Assembly: GCA_048939245.1 (NCBI GenBank) | Contig: JBHLPR010000045.1 | Coordinates: 1 to 18,166 of the forward strand | DNA: 18,166 nt | Direction: 5' to 3' | DNA from: Promethearchaeota archaeon | GTDB lineage: Archaea > Asgardarchaeota > Hermodarchaeia > Hermodarchaeales > Hermodarchaeaceae | Shown: one piece after another, positions 17,379 through 18,166 of the stretch | Layout: each line of letters starts with the position of its first letter | Numbering within the stretch: the stretch's first letter is position 1 | The notes under the pieces: model-generated | The model's input: only the letters and a program-made list of their open reading frames with translations | What the model was told of the DNA's origin: nothing | Databases searched by the model: none | Translations under genes and position numbers: made by a program

Positions 17379-18166
17379 GTGGTGTATTCCATTATGGCAG
17401 GCAAAGAAAAATCCTGGGTACTAGGTATGGGAAATGCTGCCATTGCTCGAGGAGCACTAGAAGCAAATGTTCAAGTAGCCACCTCCTATCCGGGAACACC
17501 CGCGTCTGAAATCCTTCAAAACCTAGCTGAAATTGCTTCCAATTGGAAAATCTATGTAGAATGGAGTACTAATGAAAAGGTCGCTTTTGAGGTAGCCCTT
17601 GCAGCCGCTTGGAGTGGTCTCCGGGCCCTCACTTCTATGAAACAAAACGGGCTCTTTGTGCTTCTTGACACTCTGGTCAATGTCGCCTATACTGGTCATG
17701 GGAAAGGAGGACTGCTTCTGGTGGTAGCAGATGATCCTCAAGCTCATAGTTCTACCACTGAATCTGATACCCGTGCCATCGGACACTATGCGAATATTCC
17801 TGTGCTCGAGCCCTCGACTCATCAAGAAGCAAAAGACATGGTCTTTTACGCGCTTGACCTCTCTGAACGATTTGGAATACCTTTCATGATTCGCATCACT
17901 ACACGCCTCGCGCATAGCCAGCAACTTTTCCGACTGGATCCAGTTCTTCGAGAATCCCGAAAGGCCTTTTTTGATCGTACGAATCCACTTCTTAATATTC
18001 CACATCCTCATAGAAATCATAAACGTCTTCTTGAACGTCTTGAACAGATTCAGGAGCGGTTTGAAGTTTCTCCTTGGAACCGTTATACTGGTCCCGAACA
18101 ACCTGAGCTTATCATCGTTACTACGGGTACCGGCTGGCTTTACGCTAATGAAACGCTTAATCTTCT
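17379..18166 (+). CDS. iorA: Indolepyruvate:ferredoxin oxidoreductase alpha subunit, N-terminal part (runs off the window's right edge)
   Basis: Manual translation: MGNAAIARGALEA...SYPGTPASEI...EWSTNEKVAFEVA...SMKQNGL...VVADDPQAHSS...RITTRLAH. SD AGGAG at 17364-17368 precedes GTG 17379; alternative ATG at 17394. Not in the ORF track. Confidence 0.93.
   Translation, partial: MVYSIMAGKEKSWVLGMGNAAIARGALEANVQVATSYPGTPASEILQNLAEIASNWKIYVEWSTNEKVAFEVALAAAWSGLRALTSMKQNGLFVLLDTLVNVAYTGHGKGGLLLVVADDPQAHSSTTESDTRAIGHYANIPVLEPSTHQEAKDMVFYALDLSERFGIPFMIRITTRLAHSQQLFRLDPVLRESRKAFFDRTNPLLNIPHPHRNHKRLLERLEQIQERFEVSPWNRYTGPEQPELIIVTTGTGWLYANETLNL

Noticed and set aside
17523-18101. 192-aa minus-strand ORF
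   Set aside because: It is antisense to the clearly recognisable iorA frame; a shadow ORF.

Overview
An 18.2-kb gene-dense archaeal chromosomal segment, most likely from an Asgard archaeon. This assignment is inferred from a two-domain gelsolin-family gene, archaeal-type peroxiredoxin, ACD and IOR genes, and TATA / GAGGTGA signals. Recognisable genes: peroxiredoxin, cupin, two SAM methyltransferases, threonine catabolism (tdh and kbl), a secreted membrane-anchored (alpha/alpha)6-barrel protein, a gelsolin, a tandem-domain universal stress protein, a PfkB kinase, an orphan M.MthZI/Zim-like N4-cytosine DNA methyltransferase, an ADP-forming acyl-CoA synthetase alpha subunit, and a partial iorA that the ORF track misses. 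The best candidate for an undescribed system is a two-gene operon (12352-13858) of paralogous long coiled-coil proteins with C-terminal winged-helix heads. Their rods are exactly length-matched (164 aa between two conserved anchors), suggesting an in-register heterodimeric rod of about 25 nm. Also notable: a ~13% GC island just downstream of the gelsolin gene, and a Tdh with an atypical cofactor loop and Zn ligand. No tRNA, rRNA, CRISPR array or mobile element was recognised.
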